Part shown: positions 30,453 through 39,292 of the stretch, in pieces
Layout: each line of letters begins with the position of its first letter
Numbering within the stretch: the first letter of the stretch is position 1
Assembly: GCA_963676565.1 (NCBI GenBank)
Contig: OY781089.1
Span: 1,088,001-1,152,000 of the forward strand
Direction: 5' to 3'
Source: Halarcobacter sp.
GTDB taxonomy: Bacteria > Campylobacterota > Campylobacteria > Campylobacterales > Arcobacteraceae
DNA: 64,000 nucleotides
Program-made: the position numbers and the translations under genes
The notes under the pieces: generated by a model
Databases searched by the model: none
What the model saw: the letters and a program-made list of their open reading frames with translations, nothing else
Told to the model about the DNA's origin: nothing

Positions 30453-31100
30453 TTAAAGTTGTTTCTTTAATAGCTTGAATAATTTTTCTCTTTTTAAAAT
30501 GTTTTCAATCTCTTTTTTTGCCTCATTAAAATTAGCTATTTTTTGAGGTTTTGTTGCTTCAACAAGAACTACTTGCCAGCCAAAATTATTTTTAACAACA
30601 AATAAATCTCCAGGTCTTTTAGACGCAAGGTTAATATTAAATAGTCTTTGGAATTGGATACTTGTAAGCCATCCATTATCACCACCATTTTTCTTATTTC
30701 CATCTTTTGAGTAAGTGTTTACTGCATATAAAAAAGATGATAGTCTCTCTTTCATAGGTGTGGCACTTAACCTTTTGAATAAATCAGTTGCGGCAAGTTT
30801 ATTATCAACTAGAATATTTCTTAATCTAATTTGAGGTAAAACTTTTATCTTACCTTTATTTTTATTATACCAGTTCTTGATCTCTTTTTCAGAGATTTTA
30901 ATTTCTTTAAGTATTTCATTTTGCCAATACTGAAAGGCTAGATTTTTGATATTTGGTTCAATAATTTTTTTAAAGTTATTATCATTTTTGTATTTAGAAT
31001 AAGCTTTTTGTTCTAACTTTTCAATTTGCTTATCAGAAAAAGTGGGGTTAGCATTTAATAAGTTAAAAAGAACTAGAGTTATTACTAATAATATTTTCAA
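30453..31100 (-). CDS. PpiC/PrsA-type peptidyl-prolyl isomerase-like chaperone
   Basis: Signal peptide, ISEKEIKNWY, RNILV, YSKD...GGDNGW, FGWQVV. Confidence 0.8.
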   Translation of the reverse strand: MKILLVITLVLFNLLNANPTFSDKQIEKLEQKAYSKYKNDNNFKKIIEPNIKNLAFQYWQNEILKEIKISEKEIKNWYNKNKGKIKVLPQIRLRNILVDNKLAATDLFKRLSATPMKERLSSFLYAVNTYSKDGNKKNGGDNGWLTSIQFQRLFNINLASKRPGDLFVVKNNFGWQVVLVEATKPQKIANFNEAKKEIENILKREKLFKLLKKQL

Positions 31101-31123
31101 AATGAATTTTCTAAATTATCTTA

Positions 31124-33049
31124 TTACCATGAATAAGATAATCCAGCTCCAATAGTATGTCTTTGATCTCCTGATTTTGCAGCACTAGTTTGAAAAATAA
31201 GATTATCATTTATTCTATATTTAGCACCTAATGCAAAACCATTATATCCATCGTAGTTACCAAAACCTAAGCCTAATGAAAATTTCTTATCAGGTTCAAT
31301 TTGTGGAATATTTGCAATTGCAGTAACACTTGCTATTGCTCCACCTAATTGTCTTAAGTTAACTGCATCAAAATCACTTGTACCATCTGCTACACCATGA
31401 ACTTGAACAGGTTTTCCTGTAGATGCATCACTAAAAGTTGCCCCATTATCATTTAGAGTTAAACTACTTGAAGTAGTACCCCCTGAAATCGTTGTTTGAT
31501 CACTTGTTACAACAATACCATGGGTATTTCCTAAGTCATTTGTTAATGTTAAAGATGCAGAAGCTTCTGTTGACCCACTATTATATAATGCGCCATTTTC
31601 ATCTACATAAGCTCCACCAGTATATGAAATATCCATAGAACCAGATACATTAGAAGAACCGCTACTTACTGTTGTAGTTGCTGCTGTATCTGAAGTATAT
31701 GTTAGTGTACCATTAACATACATATTACCATCAACTAATGTGTCCCCTACAATGATATTATTAACGGTATTACCTGAAACTAAGCCTTGACTTGTTGCGT
31801 CACCATTTATAAGAATATAGTCTGTTCCTGCTGTTTGAGGAGAGCTATACGCAGTAAACCCACTTGTAGTACTAGAAGAGATTGATGCCCTTCCATCTTG
31901 AATAACAATAGAACTATTCCCACCATATATTAGTGTACTACTTGAAGTATTTGTGTTACCAATTGTTGTTGTAGTTGCATTAGCTGTAGTACCAATGTCT
32001 ATTGTTGTACTATTTATTGTTGTTGATGCACTATTGATAGTTGTATCATTTGATGCATTACCAATAGTTGTATCAGCAGTTCCTGTAGTATTTATATTTG
32101 TTGTTCCAAGAATTGTATTAGTTGATGTACTATTACCAATGTTCGTATCGCCACCTGCAATATTTATATTAGTAGTTGTACTTACAATATTATTGGTTGT
32201 ACCTGTTATTGTATTAGTATCACCAGTGATAGTATTAGTTGCGCTACTATTACCAATATTTGTATCCCCACTTGTAGTATTTATATTAGTTGTTGAACCT
32301 TGAATTGTAACACCAGAATTATTTGTAACAATAGAGCTACTTCCAGAAACTATTGAAACAGCACTTGTATTAGATGAGGAACCTATTGTTGTTGCAGCAG
32401 TTCCTGTAGTGTTGATATTTGTTGTTCCTTCTACATTTAGGTTATCTAGGTTTGTTGTTCCATCAACATCTAAATTGCCCGTGGTAGAAATGTTTCCAGT
32501 ATTTGTTATATTTCCATCATTTGAAATACCATCAGTATTTGTCATTCCATCAACATCTAATCCACCTGTCCCAATATCAGCCGTAAGTGCTGACATAGTA
32601 CCTGTAGTTGATATTCCCACAGAGTCTGAAATACCATCAGTATTTGTCATTCCATCAACATCTAATCCACCTGTCCCAATATCAGCCGTAAGTGCAGACA
32701 TAGTACCAGTAGTTGATATTCCTACAGAATCTGATATACCATCAGTTGTAACTTGACCATTAATATCTACATTATCGGTAATATTTACATTTCCAGAAGT
32801 ACTAAGTATGTTACCATTAAGATTTATATTAGTAGAATTAATTGTTGTTAGGGTTAGATTAGAAGCGATTATATAATCATATGAAGAAGTTGCATTATTA
32901 TAATCTTCAACAAAAAATGTTCCAGTATTATCTTGGTTAGAATCAACTTGGATAGTATAATCATCTACTCCACTTGCATCTGCTGCAAAAGTATTTGAAT
33001 AAGCAAATAAAGTAATAATAGCTAATGCCCTTAATGAACTTCTCATCAT
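31124..33049 (-). CDS. YadA-like trimeric autotransporter adhesin
   Basis: Signal peptide, T/N/G/I-rich repeats, neck VADGTSDFDAVNLRQL, C-terminal anchor ending GAGLSYSW. Confidence 0.9.
   Translation of the reverse strand: MMRSSLRALAIITLFAYSNTFAADASGVDDYTIQVDSNQDNTGTFFVEDYNNATSSYDYIIASNLTLTTINSTNINLNGNILSTSGNVNITDNVDINGQVTTDGISDSVGISTTGTMSALTADIGTGGLDVDGMTNTDGISDSVGISTTGTMSALTADIGTGGLDVDGMTNTDGISNDGNITNTGNISTTGNLDVDGTTNLDNLNVEGTTNINTTGTAATTIGSSSNTSAVSIVSGSSSIVTNNSGVTIQGSTTNINTTSGDTNIGNSSATNTITGDTNTITGTTNNIVSTTTNINIAGGDTNIGNSTSTNTILGTTNINTTGTADTTIGNASNDTTINSASTTINSTTIDIGTTANATTTTIGNTNTSSSTLIYGGNSSIVIQDGRASISSSTTSGFTAYSSPQTAGTDYILINGDATSQGLVSGNTVNNIIVGDTLVDGNMYVNGTLTYTSDTAATTTVSSGSSNVSGSMDISYTGGAYVDENGALYNSGSTEASASLTLTNDLGNTHGIVVTSDQTTISGGTTSSSLTLNDNGATFSDASTGKPVQVHGVADGTSDFDAVNLRQLGGAIASVTAIANIPQIEPDKKFSLGLGFGNYDGYNGFALGAKYRINDNLIFQTSAAKSGDQRHTIGAGLSYSW
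32522..32745. repeat. 105-bp tandem repeat (2 copies plus the start of a third) within the adhesin
   Basis: Units begin at 32522, 32627 and 32732; they encode DGISDSVGISTTGTMSALTADIGTGGLDVDGMTNT. Confidence 0.95.
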
Positions 33050-33173
33050 ATTCCCTAAACGTTATTTAGGCTATTATATCAAATAAAATGAAAAATAACA
33101 AAAATTATAAATATATTTAGTTATTAATATAAAAAAGTAATAAAAAGAGAGTTTAAAAGAAAATAGAAACTTA

Positions 33174-33587
33174 TTAATCTAAGTATTCTATTTTGTCTTT
33201 AATTAGGCTTACAATACCTTGTTTAACTTCATTTGCATTGTTTGGGTTATCTTGCATACTATTTTCAATAAAATTAATAGCAATATTGAATTTGTCTGCA
33301 TCTCCATTAGCTAAATCTGATATATTTTCAACTGCTGCAGCTATAATATCTTCACTAGCTAGTTTTCCTGATTCTTGAATTTCATTATATTCAATAGCTT
33401 TAATCTCATCAACTATATCAGCTTGAAAAGATAAAAGTTCTAATTGATCTTCAGGCATAGAATCAAAAAGAATTGAATCCCCATCTTGTTCAGTATCAAT
33501 TGTTTTTTGTACTGTTGGAGTCTCAAAAATTTTCTTAGATATTTCATTTTCAGAGTAAGTTTTCTGGGAAATATTATCAATAGTCAT
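33174..33587 (-). CDS. Hypothetical acidic protein
   Basis: 137-aa ORF with AAGGA SD. Confidence 0.7.
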   Translation of the reverse strand: MTIDNISQKTYSENEISKKIFETPTVQKTIDTEQDGDSILFDSMPEDQLELLSFQADIVDEIKAIEYNEIQESGKLASEDIIAAAVENISDLANGDADKFNIAINFIENSMQDNPNNANEVKQGIVSLIKDKIEYLD

Positions 33588-33650
33588 TTAAATCCTTTAA
33601 ATCATTATATGGAAAAAAACAATAAAAACTACTGAAATTATATAACTAAG

Positions 33651-33692
33651 TTGATATACATCAATGAATCACTTTTCAATTTTTATTAAGAT
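33651..33692 (+). promoter_or_regulatory. Crp/Fnr-family box and -10 of hcp
   Basis: Perfect TTGAT-ATAC-ATCAA at 33651-33664; TAAGAT at 33687-33692 puts the box centre at about -41.5. Confidence 0.8.
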
Positions 33693-33724
33693 TCCATTAA
33701 ATTAATTTTAGAGGAAATAAAAAA

Positions 33725-35050
33725 ATGAGTATGTTTTGTTATCAATGTGAAATGAGTTCACCAAACGGTTGTGGTTCAAACGGAGCAAATATAGGAGTAT
33801 GTGGTAAAGATGAAAATCTAGCAAGATTGCAAGATATTATGATTTTTGGTTTAAAAGGTTTAAGTGCATACAGAGAACATTTAAATGAATTAAGACCGCA
33901 AGAAACAAAAAATGTTGATGATGTTATGAGTGAGACATTATATTTTACACTTACAAATGTAAATTTTAATTTTGATGATCATATTAATCAACTTATGAAA
34001 GTAGGAAGTGCGGGTGTTGAGGTTATGGATAAATTATCAAATGCACACACCAATAAATTTGGAATTCCATCGCCAGTTAAAGTTACACAAAATAAAGTTG
34101 AAGGTAAAGCAATCTTAGTTTCAGGACACAATCTTGAGATGTTAGAAAAACTTTTAATTGCAACACAAGATAAAGGTATAAATGTATATACGCATTCTGA
34201 AATGTTACCAGCTCATGGATATCCAGAATTAAAAAAATATGAACATCTAAAAGGAAATGTTGGAAAAGCATGGTTTGACCAAGCTCAACTAATGAAAAGG
34301 TTTAATGGAACTTTTGTTGTAAACACAAATTGTATCGTACCTCCAAAATCAAATGCTGATTATGTGGATAGAGTTTTTACATATAAAATAGTTGGAATTG
34401 AAGGTGGAAATCAAATTATGGATGATAATTTTGATGAATTGATTGAGAAAACTTTACAATGTGAAGATACGAATATAGATGATAATCTAAGTTTAGTAAC
34501 AGGACATCACTATAAGACTATTTTAACTTTAGCTCCACAAATTTTAGAAGCTGTAGAAGAGGGAAAAATTAGTCAATTTTTTGTAGTTGCAGGTTGCGAT
34601 GCTCCTGGAAAGGCTGGAAATTATTATAGAGAACTAACTGAAAATCTTCCAAATGATTGTGTAATTATTACATCAAGTTGTGGAAAATTTAGATTTAATG
34701 ACATAGATTTTGGAAATGTTCCAGGAACGCAAATACCTAGATATTTAGATTTAGGTCAATGTAATGATTCAAATGGTGCAGTAGAGATAGCAAAGGCAGT
34801 AAGTTCTGCACTTAATACACCAATAAATGATTTACCTATCTCTATTGTATTATCATGGATGGAACAAAAAGCTGTAATTATTCTTTTAGCTTTATTTAGT
34901 TTAGGTGTTAAAAATATCTATTTAGGACCAAAACCACCACAATTTGTAAATGAAGATATATTTAATTTCCTAGCTCAAACTTTTAATTTACATCTAACGG
35001 GTGATGCAAAAGAGGATTTAGAAAAATTATTGATTAAAAAAATCGCTTAA
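33725..35050 (+). CDS. hcp: Hybrid cluster protein (hydroxylamine reductase)
   Basis: MFCYQCE...C...GVCGK, YTHSEMLPAH, GCD, LGQCNDS, SWMEQKA. Confidence 0.96.
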   Translation: MSMFCYQCEMSSPNGCGSNGANIGVCGKDENLARLQDIMIFGLKGLSAYREHLNELRPQETKNVDDVMSETLYFTLTNVNFNFDDHINQLMKVGSAGVEVMDKLSNAHTNKFGIPSPVKVTQNKVEGKAILVSGHNLEMLEKLLIATQDKGINVYTHSEMLPAHGYPELKKYEHLKGNVGKAWFDQAQLMKRFNGTFVVNTNCIVPPKSNADYVDRVFTYKIVGIEGGNQIMDDNFDELIEKTLQCEDTNIDDNLSLVTGHHYKTILTLAPQILEAVEEGKISQFFVVAGCDAPGKAGNYYRELTENLPNDCVIITSSCGKFRFNDIDFGNVPGTQIPRYLDLGQCNDSNGAVEIAKAVSSALNTPINDLPISIVLSWMEQKAVIILLALFSLGVKNIYLGPKPPQFVNEDIFNFLAQTFNLHLTGDAKEDLEKLLIKKIA

Positions 35051-35117
35051 ATAAAATGTAAAAGTTTAGTAACCTATTGATGATAAAATATTATCGTATA
35101 TTATCTAAGTAGGTTCA

Positions 35118-35879
35118 ATGGCAAAAGATAAAAAAGATTTAAATTTAAAAGAAGTGACATTAACCCTTTCAGGTGGTGGGATTAGAACTGCCGCCTCATT
35201 GGGTGTAATTAAGTATTTAGAAGAAAATGATTATGAAGTTAAGATGATATCTGGGACTAGTGGAGGAGCTATTATTGCTTTATTATATGGACATGGTTTT
35301 TCCATAAAAGAGATAGAGGAATTTTTCTTTACAGTAAACAAATGGGATTTGTTCAATTTTAAATTTAGATTTAACTCCATTCTTAGTTTAAATAAAATTG
35401 AAAGAAAACTAAGAGCTTTTATAAAAGATAAAGAACAAAAAATACCAATACAAATATGTGTTACAAATATTGAAATAGGAAAAGCAGAATACCATACAAA
35501 GGGGGATTTGATTAAATCAACTATTGCATCTTGCTCTTTACTTCCTTATTTTTCTTCCATTGAAATAAATGAAAAGTTTTTTGTTGATGGTGGATATAGT
35601 GATAATCTACCAAATAAAAAACTTTATAAGTTAAACTATCCAAATATTAGTGTAAATGTTAATAATCTACCTAAAATTTTTTCTCACAAAAAAGACTCAT
35701 TACACAGAAGATCTCTTTTTATATTAACCCAAAGTGCAATGAAAAGGGCAAAAAAAAGAGCAGATTTTTTTATCAATATTGATAGTATTTCAGAAATAAA
35801 ACTATTTGATTTTAAAAGTTTTGATTTTGTTTTAGAGCAAGGATATATAAAAGCAAAAGAGATACTAAGAAAAAACTAA
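35118..35879 (+). CDS. Patatin-like phospholipase
   Basis: SGGG, GTSGG, DGG. Confidence 0.9.
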   Translation: MAKDKKDLNLKEVTLTLSGGGIRTAASLGVIKYLEENDYEVKMISGTSGGAIIALLYGHGFSIKEIEEFFFTVNKWDLFNFKFRFNSILSLNKIERKLRAFIKDKEQKIPIQICVTNIEIGKAEYHTKGDLIKSTIASCSLLPYFSSIEINEKFFVDGGYSDNLPNKKLYKLNYPNISVNVNNLPKIFSHKKDSLHRRSLFILTQSAMKRAKKRADFFINIDSISEIKLFDFKSFDFVLEQGYIKAKEILRKN

Positions 35880-36026
35880 AAAAATATAGATAAAAAAATC
35901 CAAAAAATTAAAAAGTACAAATCTGGTAAATAAAAAATTTAATAAAATAAAACCCTAAAAAAGCCACTTTATTTTTAAAGGAAAATAAATTAAGAAAATT
36001 TTAAGAAAATAAATTTTTTTTTGATT

Positions 36027-36159
36027 TATAATTTCGCTCACAAAACGATAAAAGTTTAAAGAAACTCTATTATAGCATTTGGCCGTGCAAATTGATTTCT
36101 TTATTTGTTGTACCAAAAGTACGTTTGTATTATTAGTTGTTGACAACTGGAGAATAAAA
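36027..36159 (+). ncRNA. Structured 5' leader, copy 1 (GCA-UUUGGCCG-UGC motif), with its -10 box
   Basis: TATAAT at 36027; 16-nt core 36074-36089 identical to 36996-37011; flanking stem; downstream CCAAA. Confidence 0.55.
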
Positions 36160-36435
36160 ATGTTTAAAAAAATTGCATTATCTGTTTTATTGATTTCAGC
36201 TTTTGCATATGCTCAAGATGAGCAAATGAGTTTAGAAGATAAATACAATGCATGTAGTGAAAGCTATGAACAATGCTTAGTAAAATGTGAAGAATCTAAC
36301 GCAAATGCAGAAGAGTGCGGGGTAAAATGTGAAGACTTATTTTATCAATGTAATGAAAAAGTTGATCAAGAATTAGATGAATCTAGTGAAAAAGTTGATC
36401 AAGAAGTAGTAGAAGAATCAAATAGTAATCAATAA
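36160..36435 (+). CDS. Small secreted acidic protein with six Cys
   Basis: GGAG SD, ATG 36160, signal peptide, C-X6-C-X3-C-X9-C-X3-C-X6-C. Confidence 0.8.
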   Translation: MFKKIALSVLLISAFAYAQDEQMSLEDKYNACSESYEQCLVKCEESNANAEECGVKCEDLFYQCNEKVDQELDESSEKVDQEVVEESNSNQ

Positions 36436-36444
36436 GGTTAATAT

Positions 36445-36867
36445 TTGAAAACAAACATCTATAAAAAACTTGTAAGACAATATTATGAAGAGTTATGGAA
36501 TAAAAAGTCAAAAGCCTTGATTGAAGAGCTTTTTACTGATGATATAGAGTTTCATGGTTCTTTGAATATTGATACAAAGGGAAAAAAAGAGTTTGAAAAT
36601 TATATGGATGCAATATTAAAAGGTATACCTAATTTACACCATGGAATTGAAATTCTTTTAGAGGAAAATGCAACAATTGCTGTAAGAGCTATTTATAATG
36701 GAACTCATAGTGGTAAATTATTCGATTATGAAGCTTCAAATAATAGAATAAAATACAATGGGGCATCTTTTTTTAAATTTAGAGATGAAAAGATTTCAAA
36801 TATTTGGGTTTTAGGAGATCTTGCAACCTTACACAAACAGATTGTAAGTACTAAAAAATCCCAATAA
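36445..36867 (+). CDS. SnoaL-like / ester cyclase family protein
   Basis: LVRQYYEELWN, GTHSG, F.FRDEKI..IW..GD; TTG start. Confidence 0.85.
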   Translation: MKTNIYKKLVRQYYEELWNKKSKALIEELFTDDIEFHGSLNIDTKGKKEFENYMDAILKGIPNLHHGIEILLEENATIAVRAIYNGTHSGKLFDYEASNNRIKYNGASFFKFRDEKISNIWVLGDLATLHKQIVSTKKSQ

Positions 36868-36945
36868 GGTCCCATATAATAGGCCTTTGATAGGTTCTGC
36901 TTATTTTTTAAGTTTTTTTTTAGATTTTTTCTTTTTTTTATAGAT

Positions 36946-37102
36946 TATAATTATGTAATTAAAAGTTAAAATGAGAATTTCTGAAAACCTATCAAAGCAT
37001 TTGGCCGTGCATTTTTTTAAGATTTTCAGAAATTGATGTACCCAAAATTGAGTGTTTTAATACTAACACAATAACCTTAGTTTTTAGTTAATTGGAGTAG
37101 AA
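36946..37102 (+). ncRNA. Structured 5' leader, copy 2 (GCA-UUUGGCCG-UGC motif), with its -10 box
   Basis: TATAAT at 36946; core 36996-37011; 12-bp stem 36976-36987/37023-37034; CCAAA at 37042. Confidence 0.55.
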
Positions 37103-37144
37103 ATGAAAATAGGTTATCTACATATGTTATTTATCAATTTATAG
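37103..37144 (+). CDS. 13-aa upstream ORF MKIGYLHMLFINL
   Basis: GGAG SD at the same relative position as in leader copy 1; stops 8 nt before the ATG at 37153. Confidence 0.4.
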   Translation: MKIGYLHMLFINL

Positions 37145-37152
37145 AGCCTAAG

Positions 37153-37383
37153 ATGGTTACTAGATCTATTGATGATTTAATATCTAACTATATACTTGAT
37201 GAGCCAGTACAAATATTGGTTAATGAAATAACAAATCATATAAAATTTTATAATGATTATGATTCAGCAATTAAATTAATATTAGCAAATAATCTAAATA
37301 TAGAAAATATAGTTAGAAATACAGCACGACTTAAAACGAATCAGATTGTTGAATTAGCGTCAAAGCTAATTTCTATGAGATAA
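37153..37383 (+). CDS. Small hypothetical protein (paralog of 37595..37807)
   Basis: 76-aa ORF; ungapped similarity to the downstream ORF. Confidence 0.7.
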   Translation: MVTRSIDDLISNYILDEPVQILVNEITNHIKFYNDYDSAIKLILANNLNIENIVRNTARLKTNQIVELASKLISMR

Positions 37384-37407
37384 TAAAGATATATTAGGAA
37401 AGGTAAA

Positions 37408-37608
37408 ATGGATTCAATTATTTATGAATTAAGAGCAAACGATATCAAAGAAGATGATATTCAATTTATAATGGAAAAAGTTAAAAATCGAATATCAGAA
37501 CAAAATATTGATATTGAACTTGAAAAATTAGGTTATCCAAAAGTTTTCACAGTTGATTATGATGATTATAGCTATGAATACGATGTGGATGAAGATGATG
37601 AGTTCTAA
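37408..37608 (+). CDS. Small acidic hypothetical protein
   Basis: 66 aa, AAGG SD, D/E/Y-rich tail. Confidence 0.75.
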   Translation: MDSIIYELRANDIKEDDIQFIMEKVKNRISEQNIDIELEKLGYPKVFTVDYDDYSYEYDVDEDDEF

Positions 37609-37807
37609 TACAATAAATAATCTAAACACAAATGAATTGATTCATCAGATACTATATTTAGTTAAATATAAAAAAGATTTTAAACTAGCAGCACAGGTTA
37701 TGAAAGATAATCTAATCTCAATAGAAGATTTGAGTGAAAAAACATTAAAACTTTCACAACTAGAGCTTGCAAAAATAGCTGATGCAATAATTGAGAATAA
37801 AAGATAA
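37595..37807 (+). CDS. Small hypothetical protein (paralog of 37153..37383)
   Basis: Start trimmed to MMSSNT, overlapping the upstream stop. Confidence 0.7.
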   Translation: MMSSNTINNLNTNELIHQILYLVKYKKDFKLAAQVMKDNLISIEDLSEKTLKLSQLELAKIADAIIENKR

Positions 37808-37911
37808 TTTTTATCCACTAATAAAATTTATTTATGTTTGTCTAAGCAAAAATTCTTTACAATTTCTAATGGAAAAAAATTCTCCATTAGAAAAAATAGA
37901 AAGGATATAAG

Positions 37912-38349
37912 ATGACAAATATAGTAGAAAATTTAAAACAATTACAAGCAGATGCACATGCAATGTATGTAAAAGTACACAATTATCATTGGAATATTGA
38001 GGGTATGGACTTTTATCCTGTACACAATCAAACAGAAGAGATTTATACAAAGTTTTCAATGCTTTATGATGACCTTGCAGAAAGAATTTTACAATTAGGT
38101 GCAAAACCATATTTAACTTTATCTGATTTAGTTAATACTACAAAAATAGAAGAGGAATCTAATTCAAGTTTTAGATCTAAAGAGGTTGTAGAAAAAATTG
38201 TAAATGATTACAACTATTTTTTAAGATCATTTAGAGCTTTAAGTGAAATTGCAGGAGAATCAGGAGATAAAACAACTGAAGCTTTTGCAGATGAAAATGT
38301 AGCTAAACTTGAAAAAGATTTATGGATGATTGGAAATATGCTTAAGTAA
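37912..38349 (+). CDS. dps: Dps family DNA-protection ferritin
   Basis: HNYHWNIEG..F..VH, DDLAERI, EKDLWM. Confidence 0.94.
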   Translation: MTNIVENLKQLQADAHAMYVKVHNYHWNIEGMDFYPVHNQTEEIYTKFSMLYDDLAERILQLGAKPYLTLSDLVNTTKIEEESNSSFRSKEVVEKIVNDYNYFLRSFRALSEIAGESGDKTTEAFADENVAKLEKDLWMIGNMLK

Positions 38350-38369
38350 TTTAAGTTTTAAGGATTAGT

Positions 38370-39215
38370 ATGGAAACACTTGAATTTAACAATTATATTG
38401 TAGCTTTCCTACTAACCTTATTTGCAGGACTATCGACAAGTATAGGAGCAGTTATTGCATTTTTTTCAAAAACAAAAACTGAAAAATTCTTATCTTTAGG
38501 ATTGGGTTTTTCAGCTGGTGTTATGATATATGTATCTTTTATGGAGATATTACAAAAATCTGCAGAGTCTTTTACACAATTAGTCTCAAGTGAAGTAAAA
38601 GGTGAATTTCTATCATTGGTTTGCTTTTTTTTAGGTATTGCAATTATTGCAATTATTGATAGACTTATCCCACAAGATGTAAACCCCCATGAACCAAAAT
38701 CAGAAGAGCAGTTAGAAGAGTTAAAACCTGATAATAAAAACAATGTTATATTAGATAGTAGTTTAAAAAGAACAGGTGTTTTTACAGCTTTAGCAATAGG
38801 TATTCATAATTTCCCTGAAGGGTTTGCAACTTTTATTTCCTCTTTAGATAACCTAACCCTTGGTTTAAGTATTGCTTTGGCCATTGCTATTCATAATATT
38901 CCAGAAGGGATGGCAGTCTCTTTACCTATTTATCATGCAACAGGAGATAAGAAAAAGGCATTTTGGTATGCAACTTTTTCTGGCTTTGCCGAACCAATAG
39001 GAGCAGTGATAGGTTTTTTTATATTATTTCCTTTTATGGGTGAGGCTACTTTAGGTGTAACTTTTGGGCTTGTAGCTGGAATTATGATTTATATCTCCTT
39101 TGATGAACTTTTACCTGCAGCTAGAGTTTATGGAAATGCTCATACAACTATTGCTGGTTTAATCTTAGGTATGTTTATCATGGCAATTAGTTTATTAGCA
39201 TTTAAATTTGTTTGA
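38370..39215 (+). CDS. zupT: ZIP family metal transporter
   Basis: HNFPEG, HNIPEG, DELLP. Confidence 0.93.
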   Translation: METLEFNNYIVAFLLTLFAGLSTSIGAVIAFFSKTKTEKFLSLGLGFSAGVMIYVSFMEILQKSAESFTQLVSSEVKGEFLSLVCFFLGIAIIAIIDRLIPQDVNPHEPKSEEQLEELKPDNKNNVILDSSLKRTGVFTALAIGIHNFPEGFATFISSLDNLTLGLSIALAIAIHNIPEGMAVSLPIYHATGDKKKAFWYATFSGFAEPIGAVIGFFILFPFMGEATLGVTFGLVAGIMIYISFDELLPAARVYGNAHTTIAGLILGMFIMAISLLAFKFV

Positions 39216-39292
39216 GTTTAACATAAAATAATACTTTTTGAAGACTATTTTATTATATACTTCGAATATATCTTATATCATGGGAGTATATA

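Noticed and set aside
31953..32756. Plus-strand Val/Ile-rich ORFs opposite the adhesin
   Set aside because: Antisense shadows of Thr/Asn/Asp-rich codons; no SD or family motifs.
36074..36095. TTGGC core read as a sigma54 promoter
   Set aside because: No GC dinucleotide 10 nt after GG in either copy, and both lie downstream of a TATAAT.
36074..37011. 16-nt direct repeats as a CRISPR remnant or IS ends
   Set aside because: Only two copies 922 bp apart, separated by ordinary genes; no cas or transposase genes.
37803..37815. GATAATTTTTATC as a Fur/PerR box upstream of dps
   Set aside because: Short AT-rich palindrome overlapping a stop codon; too weak in this base composition.
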